Shown here piece by piece: positions 1 through 8,329 of a DNA stretch of 64,000 nt. The notes beneath the pieces are model-generated. The model saw only the letters and a list, made by a program, of their open reading frames with translations, did not search any database and was not told the DNA's origin. Source of the DNA: Acidimicrobiia bacterium (GTDB lineage Bacteria > Actinomycetota > Acidimicrobiia > Spongiisociales > UBA5794); the NCBI GenBank assembly GCA_051002015.1, contig JBPCMS010000012.1:1169-65168 (forward strand), read 5' to 3'. Numbering within the stretch: the first letter of the stretch is position 1; the number at the start of each line of letters is the position of its first letter. A program made the position numbers and the translations under genes.

Positions 1-155
1 GGGACGCCGGGGACCCAACCCCGGTGGCGCAGATGGTGGCGGTGCTGCTCTCCGACTGGGCACCGGCGACCAGTGGCGAGGTGGTCCACGTCGACGGCGG
101 CTTCCACGCCATCGCCGCCTCGGCCGGCGCCGGGGACGACACCACCGAAGCCTGA
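1..155 (+). CDS. 3' end of an SDR-type enoyl-ACP reductase-like gene (partial; start lies outside the window)
   Basis: The frame entering the window (codons from nt 3) reads ...VAQMVAVLLSDWAPATSGEVVHVDGGFHAIA... and stops at TGA 153-155. This tail resembles FabI/InhA-type short-chain reductase C-termini. Confidence 0.5.
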   Translation, partial: DAGDPTPVAQMVAVLLSDWAPATSGEVVHVDGGFHAIAASAGAGDDTTEA

Positions 156-238
156 CCCGCCCCCGGCTCCGGTGGATTCCGTCGTGCACCGGGACTCGAT
201 GACCGGTGTTCGACGGAGCCGGCGGTAACCTCGGGTCA

Positions 239-1246
239 ATGGCCCGGGTGCTGCTGCTGTTCGGGGGACGCTCGGCCGAGCACGAGGTGTCGTGCGTGTC
301 GGCCGCCGCCGTCCGTGACGCCCTCACTGAGGGCGGCCACGAGGTCATCGCCGTCGGCATCGATCGTTCCGGGCGCTGGTGGTACCCACCGGCGGGCGCC
401 GCCGAGCCGACCGCCTCGGGCGAGCCGGTGTCGGTGCGGGTCCCGGACGGCACCCTCGACATCGGGGGCACCATGGTCGGCTTCGACGTGGTGTTCCCCG
501 TCCTCCACGGGCCGTTCGGCGAGGACGGCACCGTCCAGGGGCTGTTCGAGATGTGCGGCGTCCCCTACGTCGGCTGCCGGGTGACGGCGTCGGCGCTGGC
601 GATGGACAAGGACCTGGCCAAGCAGATCGCCGTCTCAGCCGGGATCCCGGTGACCAGGTGGCGGGTGGTGCGCAGCATCGACCTCGACGACCCGCAGCGG
701 GTCGCGGACGACATCATCGGCGACCTGGGGCTCCCCGTCTTCGTCAAGCCGGCCGCCCTGGGATCCAGCGTCGGTGTCACCCGCTGCGAGTCCGACCTGG
801 AGATCAAGGACGGGCTGCTCGCCGCCCTCGGCCACGGTGACAAGGTGGTCGTCGAGGAGCAGATCCAGGGGCGCGAGATCGAGGTGGCGGTGCTCGACGG
901 CCCCCGGGCCTCGGTCCCCGGCGAGATCGTCCTCGAGCACGGCTGGTACGACTACGACGCCAAATACCGCGACGAGACCAGCCGCTTCGTCGCCCCCGCC
1001 CCCATGTCCGCGGGGCGGGCCGCCGAGGTGCGGGAGCTGGCGCGCCGGGCGTTCACGGCCCTGGAGTGCCGGGGCCTGGCCCGGGTCGACTTCTTCTTCG
1101 AGGAGGCGGGGCGCGGGTTCATCCTCAACGAGGTCAACACCATGCCCGGATTCACCCCGATCTCGGGGTTCCCGAAGATGTGGATGGCCAGCGGGATGAC
1201 CTATCCCGAGCTGTGCGACGAGCTGGTCCAGGCCGCCCTGAGCTGA
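239..1246 (+). CDS. ddl: D-alanine--D-alanine ligase
   Basis: MARVLLLFGGRSAEHEVSCVSA... shows the ATP-grasp Ddl signature through to ...NEVNTMPGFT. The track ORF starts at GTG 206; ATG 239 gives the canonical N-terminus. Confidence 0.9.
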   Translation: MARVLLLFGGRSAEHEVSCVSAAAVRDALTEGGHEVIAVGIDRSGRWWYPPAGAAEPTASGEPVSVRVPDGTLDIGGTMVGFDVVFPVLHGPFGEDGTVQGLFEMCGVPYVGCRVTASALAMDKDLAKQIAVSAGIPVTRWRVVRSIDLDDPQRVADDIIGDLGLPVFVKPAALGSSVGVTRCESDLEIKDGLLAALGHGDKVVVEEQIQGREIEVAVLDGPRASVPGEIVLEHGWYDYDAKYRDETSRFVAPAPMSAGRAAEVRELARRAFTALECRGLARVDFFFEEAGRGFILNEVNTMPGFTPISGFPKMWMASGMTYPELCDELVQAALS

Positions 1247-1259
1247 GCGGGGTGACGGG

Positions 1260-1493
1260 CTAGAGCCTGACCACCGGGCAGGTCAGCGTCCGGGTGATCC
1301 CTTCCACCGCCTGGATCTTGGCCACGACCAGCTTGCCCAACGAGTCGACGTCGTCGGCCTGGGCATGGACCACGGCGTCGTAAGGTCCGGTGACCGCCTC
1401 CGCCGAGGTCACGCCTTCGATCGCGGCGATGGCGGTGGCGACCGCTGCGGCCTTGCCGACCTCGGTATGGATGAGCACGTAGGCCTCGACCAT
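1260..1493 (-). CDS. Stand-alone Lrp/AsnC ligand-binding-domain protein (77 aa)
   Basis: MVEAYVLIHTEVGKAAAVATAIAAIEGVTSAEAVTGPYDAVV... matches the pattern of small AsnC-type effector domains. Confidence 0.6.
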   Translation of the reverse strand: MVEAYVLIHTEVGKAAAVATAIAAIEGVTSAEAVTGPYDAVVHAQADDVDSLGKLVVAKIQAVEGITRTLTCPVVRL

Positions 1494-1605
1494 GGAGATC
1501 CTCCAATGGGGGGTGACGGGGTGGCGATGCCCCGATCTTACCGACCGCCCCCGTTGGTCGGCTCAGAGCGAGCGCGGATAGGCGCTCGCTCTTGCGCCGT
1601 TGTTG

Positions 1606-1691
1606 ATGGCTCTTCGGCTGACGCCTCATCGCGGTGCGGTTGGGGACCCCAGCCCCAACCGCCGAGTCTCCTTCTATCGGCGGAGCCTCTT
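1606..1691 (+). repeat. R85 element, copy 1 (two adjacent hairpins)
   Basis: atggctcttcggctgacgcctcatcgcggtgcggttggggaccccagccccaaccgccgag is identical over 61 nt to the reverse complement of 59749-59809. The tail ...cggcggagcctctt is also shared. Confidence 0.85.
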
Positions 1692-1899
1692 AGTATCCGT
1701 CCGAGCCGAAGCGGAGGGTGGTGGCGACGCGGTCGCCGCCGCGCTCGGCCAGCTCGAACACCACCCGTTGACCCTGGCGCAGGGTGCGGAACAGCGAGCC
1801 GTCGAGCGAGCCGGGTCGGAGCACCACCTCGGACCGGTCGTCGCACACGATCACCCCGAAGCCGGTGACGGGGTCGTACACCTTGACGACACCCTGCAT
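1690..1899 (-). CDS. Small OB-fold/cold-shock-domain-like protein (69 aa)
   Basis: MQGVVKVYDPVTGFGVIVCDD... resembles the CSD N-terminal strand pattern. It lies immediately downstream of rpmB on the same strand. Confidence 0.5.
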   Translation of the reverse strand: MQGVVKVYDPVTGFGVIVCDDRSEVVLRPGSLDGSLFRTLRQGQRVVFELAERGGDRVATTLRFGSDGY

Positions 1900-1903
1900 C
1901 GGC

Positions 1904-2092
1904 TCAGGCCTTCTCGACCTTGCCGGCCTTGATGCACGAGGTGCAGACCCGCATCCGCCTGGCGTTGGACCCGTGCTTGACCCGGATCTTCTGGATATTG
2001 GGCAGCCAGCGCTTGGACGACCGCTTGTGAGAGAAGCTCACCTGCTTGCCGACCCAAGGTTCCTTGGCGCACACTTCACATCGATACGACAA
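1904..2092 (-). CDS. rpmB: 50S ribosomal protein L28
   Basis: MSYRCEVCAKEPWVGKQVSFSHKRSSKRWLPNIQKIRV... is an L28 signature. Confidence 0.9.
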   Translation of the reverse strand: MSYRCEVCAKEPWVGKQVSFSHKRSSKRWLPNIQKIRVKHGSNARRMRVCTSCIKAGKVEKA

Positions 2093-2185
2093 AGGGGAGA
2101 CCTCCTGCGGCCGGATGGGAGTGTAACAGGAGGAGGTTCACCCTCCGATCCGGCACTGGGGGCGTCCCGGGTACGCTCCGCCGCC

Positions 2186-4366
2186 ATGACGGGACGCTCG
2201 CTGGCCTATCTCACCTCGCACGCCACCGACGAGGTCAAGGGGATCGGCCCCACCCTGGCCAAACGCCTTGAGGGGGCCGGGGTCGACAGCGTCACCGACC
2301 TCTTGCTCCACGTGCCCAGACGCTATCTCGACCGTTCCCAGCTCTTCGACATCGCCGGGGTCCCACTGGGTGAGGAGGTGACCGTCGGCGGGGTGGTCGA
2401 GAAGATCACCACGAGGCGTCTCAGGGGCAACCGGACCATGACCGAGGCCACGGTCTCGGACGGGACCAGCCGGATCAGGGTGGTCTGGTTCAACCCCTAT
2501 CTCAGGTTGGAGAAGGGGGCCGAGGTCGCCCTGTCGGGCAAGGTGGAGCTGTTCCGGGGGCGGCTGGAGATGAAGTCGCCGGACGTGGACCGGCTCGACC
2601 GCCCCGGCGAGTCGCTGGTGACCGGCCGGGTGGTCCCGGTGTACCCGGCGCTGGCCGGGATGAGCCCCACCCAGGTGCGGCGGGCGCTGGACAACGCCAT
2701 GCGCCGGGCACGGCCCATCACCGAGGTCCTCCCCACCGAGATGCTCGGCCGGCTGGGGCTGGTGGGGAGGGACCGGGCGATGCTCGGGGTGCACTTCCCG
2801 GCCGAGCTGTCCGAGGTCGGCCCTGGCCGCCGCCGCCTCATCTTCGACGAGTTGTTCCGGCTCGAGGTGGCGCTGGCGATGCGCAAGCGTCGCCAGATCG
2901 AGGATGCCACCGGGGTGGCGCACACCGTCGACGGCTCGCTGGTGACGCCCTTCCTCGATGCGCTGCCCTTCCCGCTCACCGGCGCCCAGGAGCGGTCCAT
3001 CGACGAGATCACCGCCGACCTGGCCTCGCCCCACCCGATGCACCGCCTGCTCCAGGGGGAGGTGGGGTCGGGGAAGACCGTTGTCGCCTTTGCTGCCCTG
3101 CTCACCGCCGTCCAGGGCGGCATGCAGGGGGCGGTGATGGCGCCCACCGAGGTGCTCGCCGCCCAGCACTACCTGGGGATGACCGACCTGATCGTCGAGG
3201 CGGGGATGGCCCCGCCCTCGGTCGACCCCGGTGTCGCCCCCGGCCAGGACGGGCTGTTCGCCGCACCGCCCGCCGACGGGCCGGCGGTGCGGATGGCCCT
3301 GCTCACCGGAAGGCAGGCGGCGGCCAACTTCGTTCCGGGGACGGTCCGCCCGGCGGCCGTCGCCGGTTGGATCGCAGACGGCACCGTCGACATCGTGGTC
3401 GGCACCCACGCCCTCATCCAGGAGGGCGTTGACTTCAGCGACCTCGGGGTCGCCGTGGTCGACGAGCAGCACCGGTTCGGGGTCCATCAGCGGGTGGAGC
3501 TGCGTGAGAAGTCGGCCACCCACGACCCCGACCTGCTGATCATGACCGCCACCCCCATCCCCCGCACCATGGCCATGACCCTGTACGGCGATCTCGACGT
3601 CTCCGTCCTCGACGAGATGCCACCGGGCCGCATCCCGGTGGAGACCAGGCTCGTCGCCAAATCGCCCGCTGCGCTCGAGGAGGTCTACCGGCTGGTCAGG
3701 GCCGAGGTCGAGGCGGGGCGCCAGGCGTTCGTGGTGTGTCCGCTGGTCGAGGAGAGCGACAAGACCGAGGCCGCCTCCGCCGTCGCCGAGTTCGACCGGC
3801 TGCGCACCGTGTTTCCCGATCTCCGCCTCGGGCTGATCCACGGCCAGCTCCGCACCGACGAGAAGCAGGATGCCATGCACGCCATGAAGGAAGGCGCCAT
3901 CGACGTTCTGGTGGCGACCACCGTGATCGAGGTGGGGATCGACATCCCCAACGCCACGGTGATGGTCATCGAGGATGCCGACCGGTTCGGGCTCAGCCAG
4001 CTCCACCAGCTCCGGGGCCGGGTGGGTCGGAGCCGGTACCGCTCCCGCTGCGTCCTGATCGCCGAGCCGACCACACCCGAGGGGGAGCAGCGGCTCGCCG
4101 CCATGGTCGCCACCACCGACGGGTTCGAGCTGGCCGAGGAGGACCTGCGCATCCGGGGTCAGGGCACCGTGTTCGGAGCCCGGCAAGCGGGGGTCAAGGA
4201 CCTGCGGCTGGCCGACATCCTGCGCGACGCCGAGCTGCTGGTGACGGCGCGGGGCGAGGCCTTCGCCATGGTCGCCGCCGACCCCGAGCTGATGGACCAC
4301 CCCGAGATCGCCGAAGAGGTGCGGGCCTTGCTCGGCGCAGACGTCGATTGGCTGTTCAGGAGCTGA
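2186..4366 (+). CDS. recG: ATP-dependent DNA helicase RecG
   Basis: Contains a wedge domain and helicase motifs (GEVGSGKT, DEQHRFG, TATPIPRT, QLHQLRGRVGR). The track ORF begins at 1784, overlapping rpmB; in-frame ATG 2186 (MTGRSLAYL...) is the plausible start. Confidence 0.9.
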   Translation: MTGRSLAYLTSHATDEVKGIGPTLAKRLEGAGVDSVTDLLLHVPRRYLDRSQLFDIAGVPLGEEVTVGGVVEKITTRRLRGNRTMTEATVSDGTSRIRVVWFNPYLRLEKGAEVALSGKVELFRGRLEMKSPDVDRLDRPGESLVTGRVVPVYPALAGMSPTQVRRALDNAMRRARPITEVLPTEMLGRLGLVGRDRAMLGVHFPAELSEVGPGRRRLIFDELFRLEVALAMRKRRQIEDATGVAHTVDGSLVTPFLDALPFPLTGAQERSIDEITADLASPHPMHRLLQGEVGSGKTVVAFAALLTAVQGGMQGAVMAPTEVLAAQHYLGMTDLIVEAGMAPPSVDPGVAPGQDGLFAAPPADGPAVRMALLTGRQAAANFVPGTVRPAAVAGWIADGTVDIVVGTHALIQEGVDFSDLGVAVVDEQHRFGVHQRVELREKSATHDPDLLIMTATPIPRTMAMTLYGDLDVSVLDEMPPGRIPVETRLVAKSPAALEEVYRLVRAEVEAGRQAFVVCPLVEESDKTEAASAVAEFDRLRTVFPDLRLGLIHGQLRTDEKQDAMHAMKEGAIDVLVATTVIEVGIDIPNATVMVIEDADRFGLSQLHQLRGRVGRSRYRSRCVLIAEPTTPEGEQRLAAMVATTDGFELAEEDLRIRGQGTVFGARQAGVKDLRLADILRDAELLVTARGEAFAMVAADPELMDHPEIAEEVRALLGADVDWLFRS

Positions 4367-4399
4367 GCGACGTAGCGTCAACCCGATGGGGACCGTCTG

Positions 4400-4951
4400 G
4401 TGAGGATCATCGCCGGGATCGCCCGCGGTCGGAGGGTGCGGGGGCCGGATGGCTGGACGACCCGACCGTTCCCCGACCGGGTCCGGGAGGCGGTGTTCTC
4501 GTCGCTGGGGGCGCTGGTCGAGGGCGCCGTCGTGCTCGACCTTTTCGCCGGCACCGGATCGCTGGGGCTGGAGGCGCTGAGCCGTGGCGCCGGGGAAACG
4601 ACGTTCGTGGAGCGGGACCGCCCCGCCCTCGGGGTGCTGCACCGCAACGTCGAGGCGGTCGGGCTGGGAGGGACGATCGTCGCTGCCGACGTCGACCGGT
4701 TCGTCGCCGGTCCGCTCGGTCGCTACGACCTGGTATTCGTTGACCCTCCTTACGACCTGCCGCTAGCTTCTGTGGCGCGGATCCTCGAGGGACTGGAGCC
4801 GGCCGTGACTGACGGTGGGGTCGTCGTGGTACACCGGAGGCGCGGCGAGGAGCCGCCCCTCCTCGGGTCGCTCGTCTTGGCCGACCGCAGGCGCTACGGC
4901 CCTGCCGAGATCTGGCGCTTCACCATGGCCAGGGGAGCTGAGCCCTCGTGA
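4400..4951 (+). CDS. rsmD: 16S rRNA (guanine966-N2)-methyltransferase RsmD
   Basis: Contains RPTPDRVREAVFS-like, DLFAGTGSLGLEALSRGA and DPPY motifs. Confidence 0.85.
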   Translation: MRIIAGIARGRRVRGPDGWTTRPFPDRVREAVFSSLGALVEGAVVLDLFAGTGSLGLEALSRGAGETTFVERDRPALGVLHRNVEAVGLGGTIVAADVDRFVAGPLGRYDLVFVDPPYDLPLASVARILEGLEPAVTDGGVVVVHRRRGEEPPLLGSLVLADRRRYGPAEIWRFTMARGAEPS

Positions 4952-5427
4952 CCACGGCCCTCATCCCGGGGAGCTTCGATCCGCCCACCAAGGGACACCT
5001 CGACGTCATCGAGCGCTGCGTCGGCATCTTCGACAGGGTCAGGGTGGCGGTCATCGCCAACCCGGCCAAGACCCCGCTGTTCCCCGCCGACCGGCGCATC
5101 GCCCTGCTCACCGAATGCTGCCAGGAATGGCCCACGGTCGACATCGGATCGTTCGACGGGTTGCTGGTCGAGTACGCCGACACCGCCGGCATCAAGGTCA
5201 TCGTCAAGGGGCTGCGGGCCATCACCGACTTCGACTACGAGCTGCAGATGGCCCAGATGAACCGCCACCTCTCCCCGCAGATCGTCACCCTGTTCGTCGC
5301 CACCAAGGCCGAATACGGGTACCTTTCCTCTTCTCTGGTGAAACAGGTCGCCCGTCTGGGCGGCTCGGTGGATGCCCTGGTGCCTGCGCCCGTGGCCGTC
5401 GCCTTGAAGGAGGCGTTTGCGACATGA
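4948..5427 (+). CDS. coaD: Phosphopantetheine adenylyltransferase
   Basis: MTTALIPGSFDPPTKGHLDVIERC... is a CoaD signature. There is a 4-nt overlap with rsmD. Confidence 0.92.
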   Translation: MTTALIPGSFDPPTKGHLDVIERCVGIFDRVRVAVIANPAKTPLFPADRRIALLTECCQEWPTVDIGSFDGLLVEYADTAGIKVIVKGLRAITDFDYELQMAQMNRHLSPQIVTLFVATKAEYGYLSSSLVKQVARLGGSVDALVPAPVAVALKEAFAT

Positions 5428-5939
5428 CCGACGATTCCCGGCCTGCGCCGCCTCCCGTCCCCGGCAAGATCATCGACCACATCGAGGAACTGATCGTCGC
5501 CGTCGAGGAGGCGCGGCCCGTGCCGCTCTCGCAGAGCGTGATGTTCAACCGCGACGAGTTCGTCGACCGTCTCCGCATCTTGCAGGAGGAGCTCCCCGAC
5601 GAGCTGCGGGCGGCCCGCTGGATGGTCAGGCAGCGGGAGACGTACATCGCCCGCACCAACGAGAAGGCGCGCGAGGTGCTCGCCGCCGCCCAGGCACGTT
5701 CCGAGGAGCTGGTGAACGAGAGCTACATCGTCGCCGAGGCGGTCGAGGAGGCCAACCGGCTGGTGCGCAACGCCGAGAAGGAGGCGGAGCGGATCCGGCT
5801 CGAGGCCGAGGACTTCGCCGAGCAGCACCTCTCCGAGGCCGAGACCGTGCTCGGCGAGCTGCTCCGCTACGTGAGGGAGTCACGGGCCGAACTGCATCGC
5901 ACCCTGCCCGCCCCGATCGAGCCGCCGCTCTCGGAGTAG
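5424..5939 (+). CDS. Conserved coiled-coil protein (ATP-synthase-b/DivIVA-like heptad-rich), function unknown
   Basis: ATG 5424 overlaps the coaD stop (ATGA). The 171-aa product is E/R/A-rich and alpha-helical (…EKAREVLAAAQARSEELVNESY…). The track ORF starts far upstream at 4815, inside coaD. Confidence 0.6.
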   Translation: MTDDSRPAPPPVPGKIIDHIEELIVAVEEARPVPLSQSVMFNRDEFVDRLRILQEELPDELRAARWMVRQRETYIARTNEKAREVLAAAQARSEELVNESYIVAEAVEEANRLVRNAEKEAERIRLEAEDFAEQHLSEAETVLGELLRYVRESRAELHRTLPAPIEPPLSE

Positions 5940-5943
5940 TGTC

Positions 5944-6447
5944 GTGCCCCGATCGTCTCCGTTCGTGGTGCCCGTCGGCGAGATGCTCCGCCATCCGGGT
6001 CGGGCCAGGCCGGTGCGGATCGAGACGTCGGTCGACTGGGCGGTCGAGTTCTTCTCGGCTCGGTCCGACCCGCCGCTGCGGGCCGATCTCGGGCTGACCG
6101 CCATCCCCGGCGGGATCGTGATAAGGGGCCCGGTCGAGCTGACCATCGCCTCCACCTGTGTCCGCTGCCTGACCGAGACCGACCGCATCCACCGGGTGAA
6201 GGTCGACCAGCTCGCCGAGATCGTCGACGAGGGAGACGACGGGTACGTGCTCGCCGGGGACATGCTCGACCTGGAGCCGATCATCCGCGACGAGGTGCTG
6301 CTGGCGCTGCCGTTGCTGGCCCGCTGCGACCCGCCGTGCCGGGGACTTGGAGAGGATCCCGAAACCGGCTTGAATACCGCCGCTCCCGGGCGACGGTCCG
6401 AGTCGCCGTTTGCGATTCTCCGTGACATGCTCGACGCCGGGGATTAG
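5944..6447 (+). CDS. yceD: YceD/DUF177 family protein
   Basis: Sits in the conserved position immediately upstream of rpmF. The C-terminal CxxxC...C pattern (CDPPCRG) is typical of DUF177. Confidence 0.8.
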   Translation: MPRSSPFVVPVGEMLRHPGRARPVRIETSVDWAVEFFSARSDPPLRADLGLTAIPGGIVIRGPVELTIASTCVRCLTETDRIHRVKVDQLAEIVDEGDDGYVLAGDMLDLEPIIRDEVLLALPLLARCDPPCRGLGEDPETGLNTAAPGRRSESPFAILRDMLDAGD

Positions 6448-6474
6448 TGGTTTCAGAGCGAGGAATGCTCCGCC

Positions 6475-6651
6475 ATGGCGGTACCCAAGAAGAAGATGTC
6501 GCGCTCCAGGACCCGGCGGCGCAAGGCGACCTGGAAGGTGTCCGCCCCGGCGCTGGCCACCTGTCCCCGTTGCGGCGCTGCTCACCTCCCGCACCGGGTC
6601 TGCCCCCAGTGCGGCACCTACAACGGACGCCAGATCGTCCCCACGGCCTGA
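6475..6651 (+). CDS. rpmF: 50S ribosomal protein L32 (58 aa; absent from the ORF track because it is under 60 aa)
   Basis: My own translation gives MAVPKKKMSRSRTRRRKATWKVSAPALATCPRCGAAHLPHRVCPQCGTYNGRQIVPTA, stopping at TGA 6649-6651. It has the L32 N-terminal motif and a CxxC...CxxC zinc ribbon. Confidence 0.85.
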   Translation: MAVPKKKMSRSRTRRRKATWKVSAPALATCPRCGAAHLPHRVCPQCGTYNGRQIVPTA

Positions 6652-6654
6652 TCC

Positions 6655-7644
6655 GTGGCGCGCATCGCTGTCGACGCCATGGGCGGGGACCGGGCGCCCG
6701 AGGAAGTCGTCCACGGGGCCGTCGCCGCCGCCCGATCGGGGATCGAGGTCATCCTGGTCGGTGACGAGCCACGTCTCGACGCCCTGCTCGCCGACGCCGA
6801 GGCGGCAGGGGAGCTCGAGGTTGTTCCCGCCAGCCAGGTGATCGGGATGGGGGAGGACCCGGCCTCGGCCATCCGCGACAAGAAGGACGCCTCGGTCACC
6901 GTGGCTGCCCAGCTGGTCGCCGCCGGGGACGCCGAGGGCATGGTTTCGGCAGGCTCCACCGGCGCCGCCATGGCCGCCGCCGTATTCGTCATCGGCAGGC
7001 TGGCCGGGGTCTCCCGGCCTGCGATCGCCACCTTGCTTCCCACTGGCAGGATCATCCTCGACGCCGGCGCCAACCTGTCCTGCCGGGCCGAGCACCTCGT
7101 CCAGTTCGCCGTGATGGGGGCTGCCCTCTCGTCCTCTCACTTCGACATCGCCGAGCCGACAGTCGGGCTGCTCAACATCGGCGAGGAGGAGGGCAAGGGC
7201 CGCGACCTCGAGAAGGAGGCATACCGGCTGATGGCGTCGGTCCCCGGGATCAACTTCGTCGGGAACGTTGAGGGCCGCGATCTGGCCACCGAGCGGGCGG
7301 ACGTCATCGTCACCGACGGGTTCACCGGCAACGTCATGCTCAAGACCGCCGAGGGAGCCGCCCGGATGGCGCTCAGGCTGATGCTCGACGCGGTTTCCGA
7401 CCCCCAGTACCAGGAGGCGGTTGCCACCCTGGCCCCGGCCCTGATGACGGTGCGGGGTAGGCTCGATCCCGAGAGCACCGGGGGCGCTCCGCTGCTCGGG
7501 GTCAAGGGCAACGTGGTCATCGCCCACGGGTCTTCGTCGCGGATCGCCATCCGCAACGCCATCGCCCTCGCCGCCGAGGGCGCCGACCACCATCTTCCCG
7601 CCAGGATCGAGAAGGGGCTGACGGCGACGTCGTCGGTGGTGTGA
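6655..7644 (+). CDS. plsX: Phosphate acyltransferase PlsX
   Basis: MARIAVDAMGGDRAPEEVV... together with ...FTGNVMLKT are PlsX signatures. Confidence 0.92.
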   Translation: MARIAVDAMGGDRAPEEVVHGAVAAARSGIEVILVGDEPRLDALLADAEAAGELEVVPASQVIGMGEDPASAIRDKKDASVTVAAQLVAAGDAEGMVSAGSTGAAMAAAVFVIGRLAGVSRPAIATLLPTGRIILDAGANLSCRAEHLVQFAVMGAALSSSHFDIAEPTVGLLNIGEEEGKGRDLEKEAYRLMASVPGINFVGNVEGRDLATERADVIVTDGFTGNVMLKTAEGAARMALRLMLDAVSDPQYQEAVATLAPALMTVRGRLDPESTGGAPLLGVKGNVVIAHGSSSRIAIRNAIALAAEGADHHLPARIEKGLTATSSVV

Positions 7645-7645
7645 C

Positions 7646-8329
7646 GTGCGGGATCCCGTCGCCACGGTCGAGGAGCGGCTCGGCTACACCTTCACCGACC
7701 GGGGGCTGCTCGCCGAGGCCCTGACCCATCGCTCATACGCCGGCGAGCACGCCGGGGTGGGCCACTACGAGCGGCTCGAGTTCCTCGGCGACGCCGTCCT
7801 CCAGCTTGCCGTCACCAGGTACCTGTTCGTGACGTTCCCCGATCTCCCCGAGGGGCAGATGGCCAAGGTGCGGGCCGCGGTGGTCAGCGAGCGGGGTCTG
7901 CTCGACGTCGCCATCCGCCTCGAGGTGGGGCCGGCGCTGCGGCTGGGCCGGGGCGAGGACATCACCGGTGGGCGCGACAAGCCGTCGCTGCTCAGCGACG
8001 TGGTCGAGGCGTTGATCGGGGCGGTGGTCGTCGAGGCGGGGTTCGAGCGGGCCGCCCAGATCGTGGTCCACCACTGGGAGGATGCCATCGCCTCGAGGGC
8101 GACGGCGCCGGGGCAGCGCGACTACAAGACCAGGCTGCAGGAGATCCTGGCAAGGACCGACTTCCGGCCCCGGTACCAGGTGGAGCAGTCCGGCCCCGAG
8201 CATGCCAAGCGGTTCCGGGCGACGGTGTCGGCGGGCGACCGGACGCTGGGACAGGGCACCGGGTCGTCGAAGAAGCGGGCCGAGCAGGCGGCGGCCGAGG
8301 CGGCGGTCGACATGCTGCGCAATGCCTGA
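7646..8329 (+). CDS. rnc: Ribonuclease III
   Basis: Contains ALTHRSY and ERLEFLGDAVL catalytic motifs and a C-terminal dsRBD (GSSKKRAEQAAA). Confidence 0.92.
   Translation: MRDPVATVEERLGYTFTDRGLLAEALTHRSYAGEHAGVGHYERLEFLGDAVLQLAVTRYLFVTFPDLPEGQMAKVRAAVVSERGLLDVAIRLEVGPALRLGRGEDITGGRDKPSLLSDVVEALIGAVVVEAGFERAAQIVVHHWEDAIASRATAPGQRDYKTRLQEILARTDFRPRYQVEQSGPEHAKRFRATVSAGDRTLGQGTGSSKKRAEQAAAEAAVDMLRNA

Noticed and set aside
1600-1932. Shared peptide MALRLTPHRGAVGDPSPNRR encoded by both R85 copies (track ORFs 1600..1932 and 59699..59917), as a possible small protein.
   Set aside because: Similarity ends at the element boundary and the downstream frames are unrelated low-complexity sequence running antisense through real genes. 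There is no SD. Nucleotide-level hairpins explain the conservation better than a coding frame does.
2138-4642. Very long antisense or alternative-frame ORFs throughout the track, e.g. 2138..4642(-), 5626..7665(-), 9217..11379(-), 38733..41741(-), 48272..50530(-), 36871..39051(-), and most of 54465..56738(+).
   Set aside because: They overlap genes with clear family signatures on the other strand or frame. Their translations are Arg/Pro/Gly/His-rich low-complexity sequence, which is typical of shadow ORFs in high-GC DNA where stop codons are rare.
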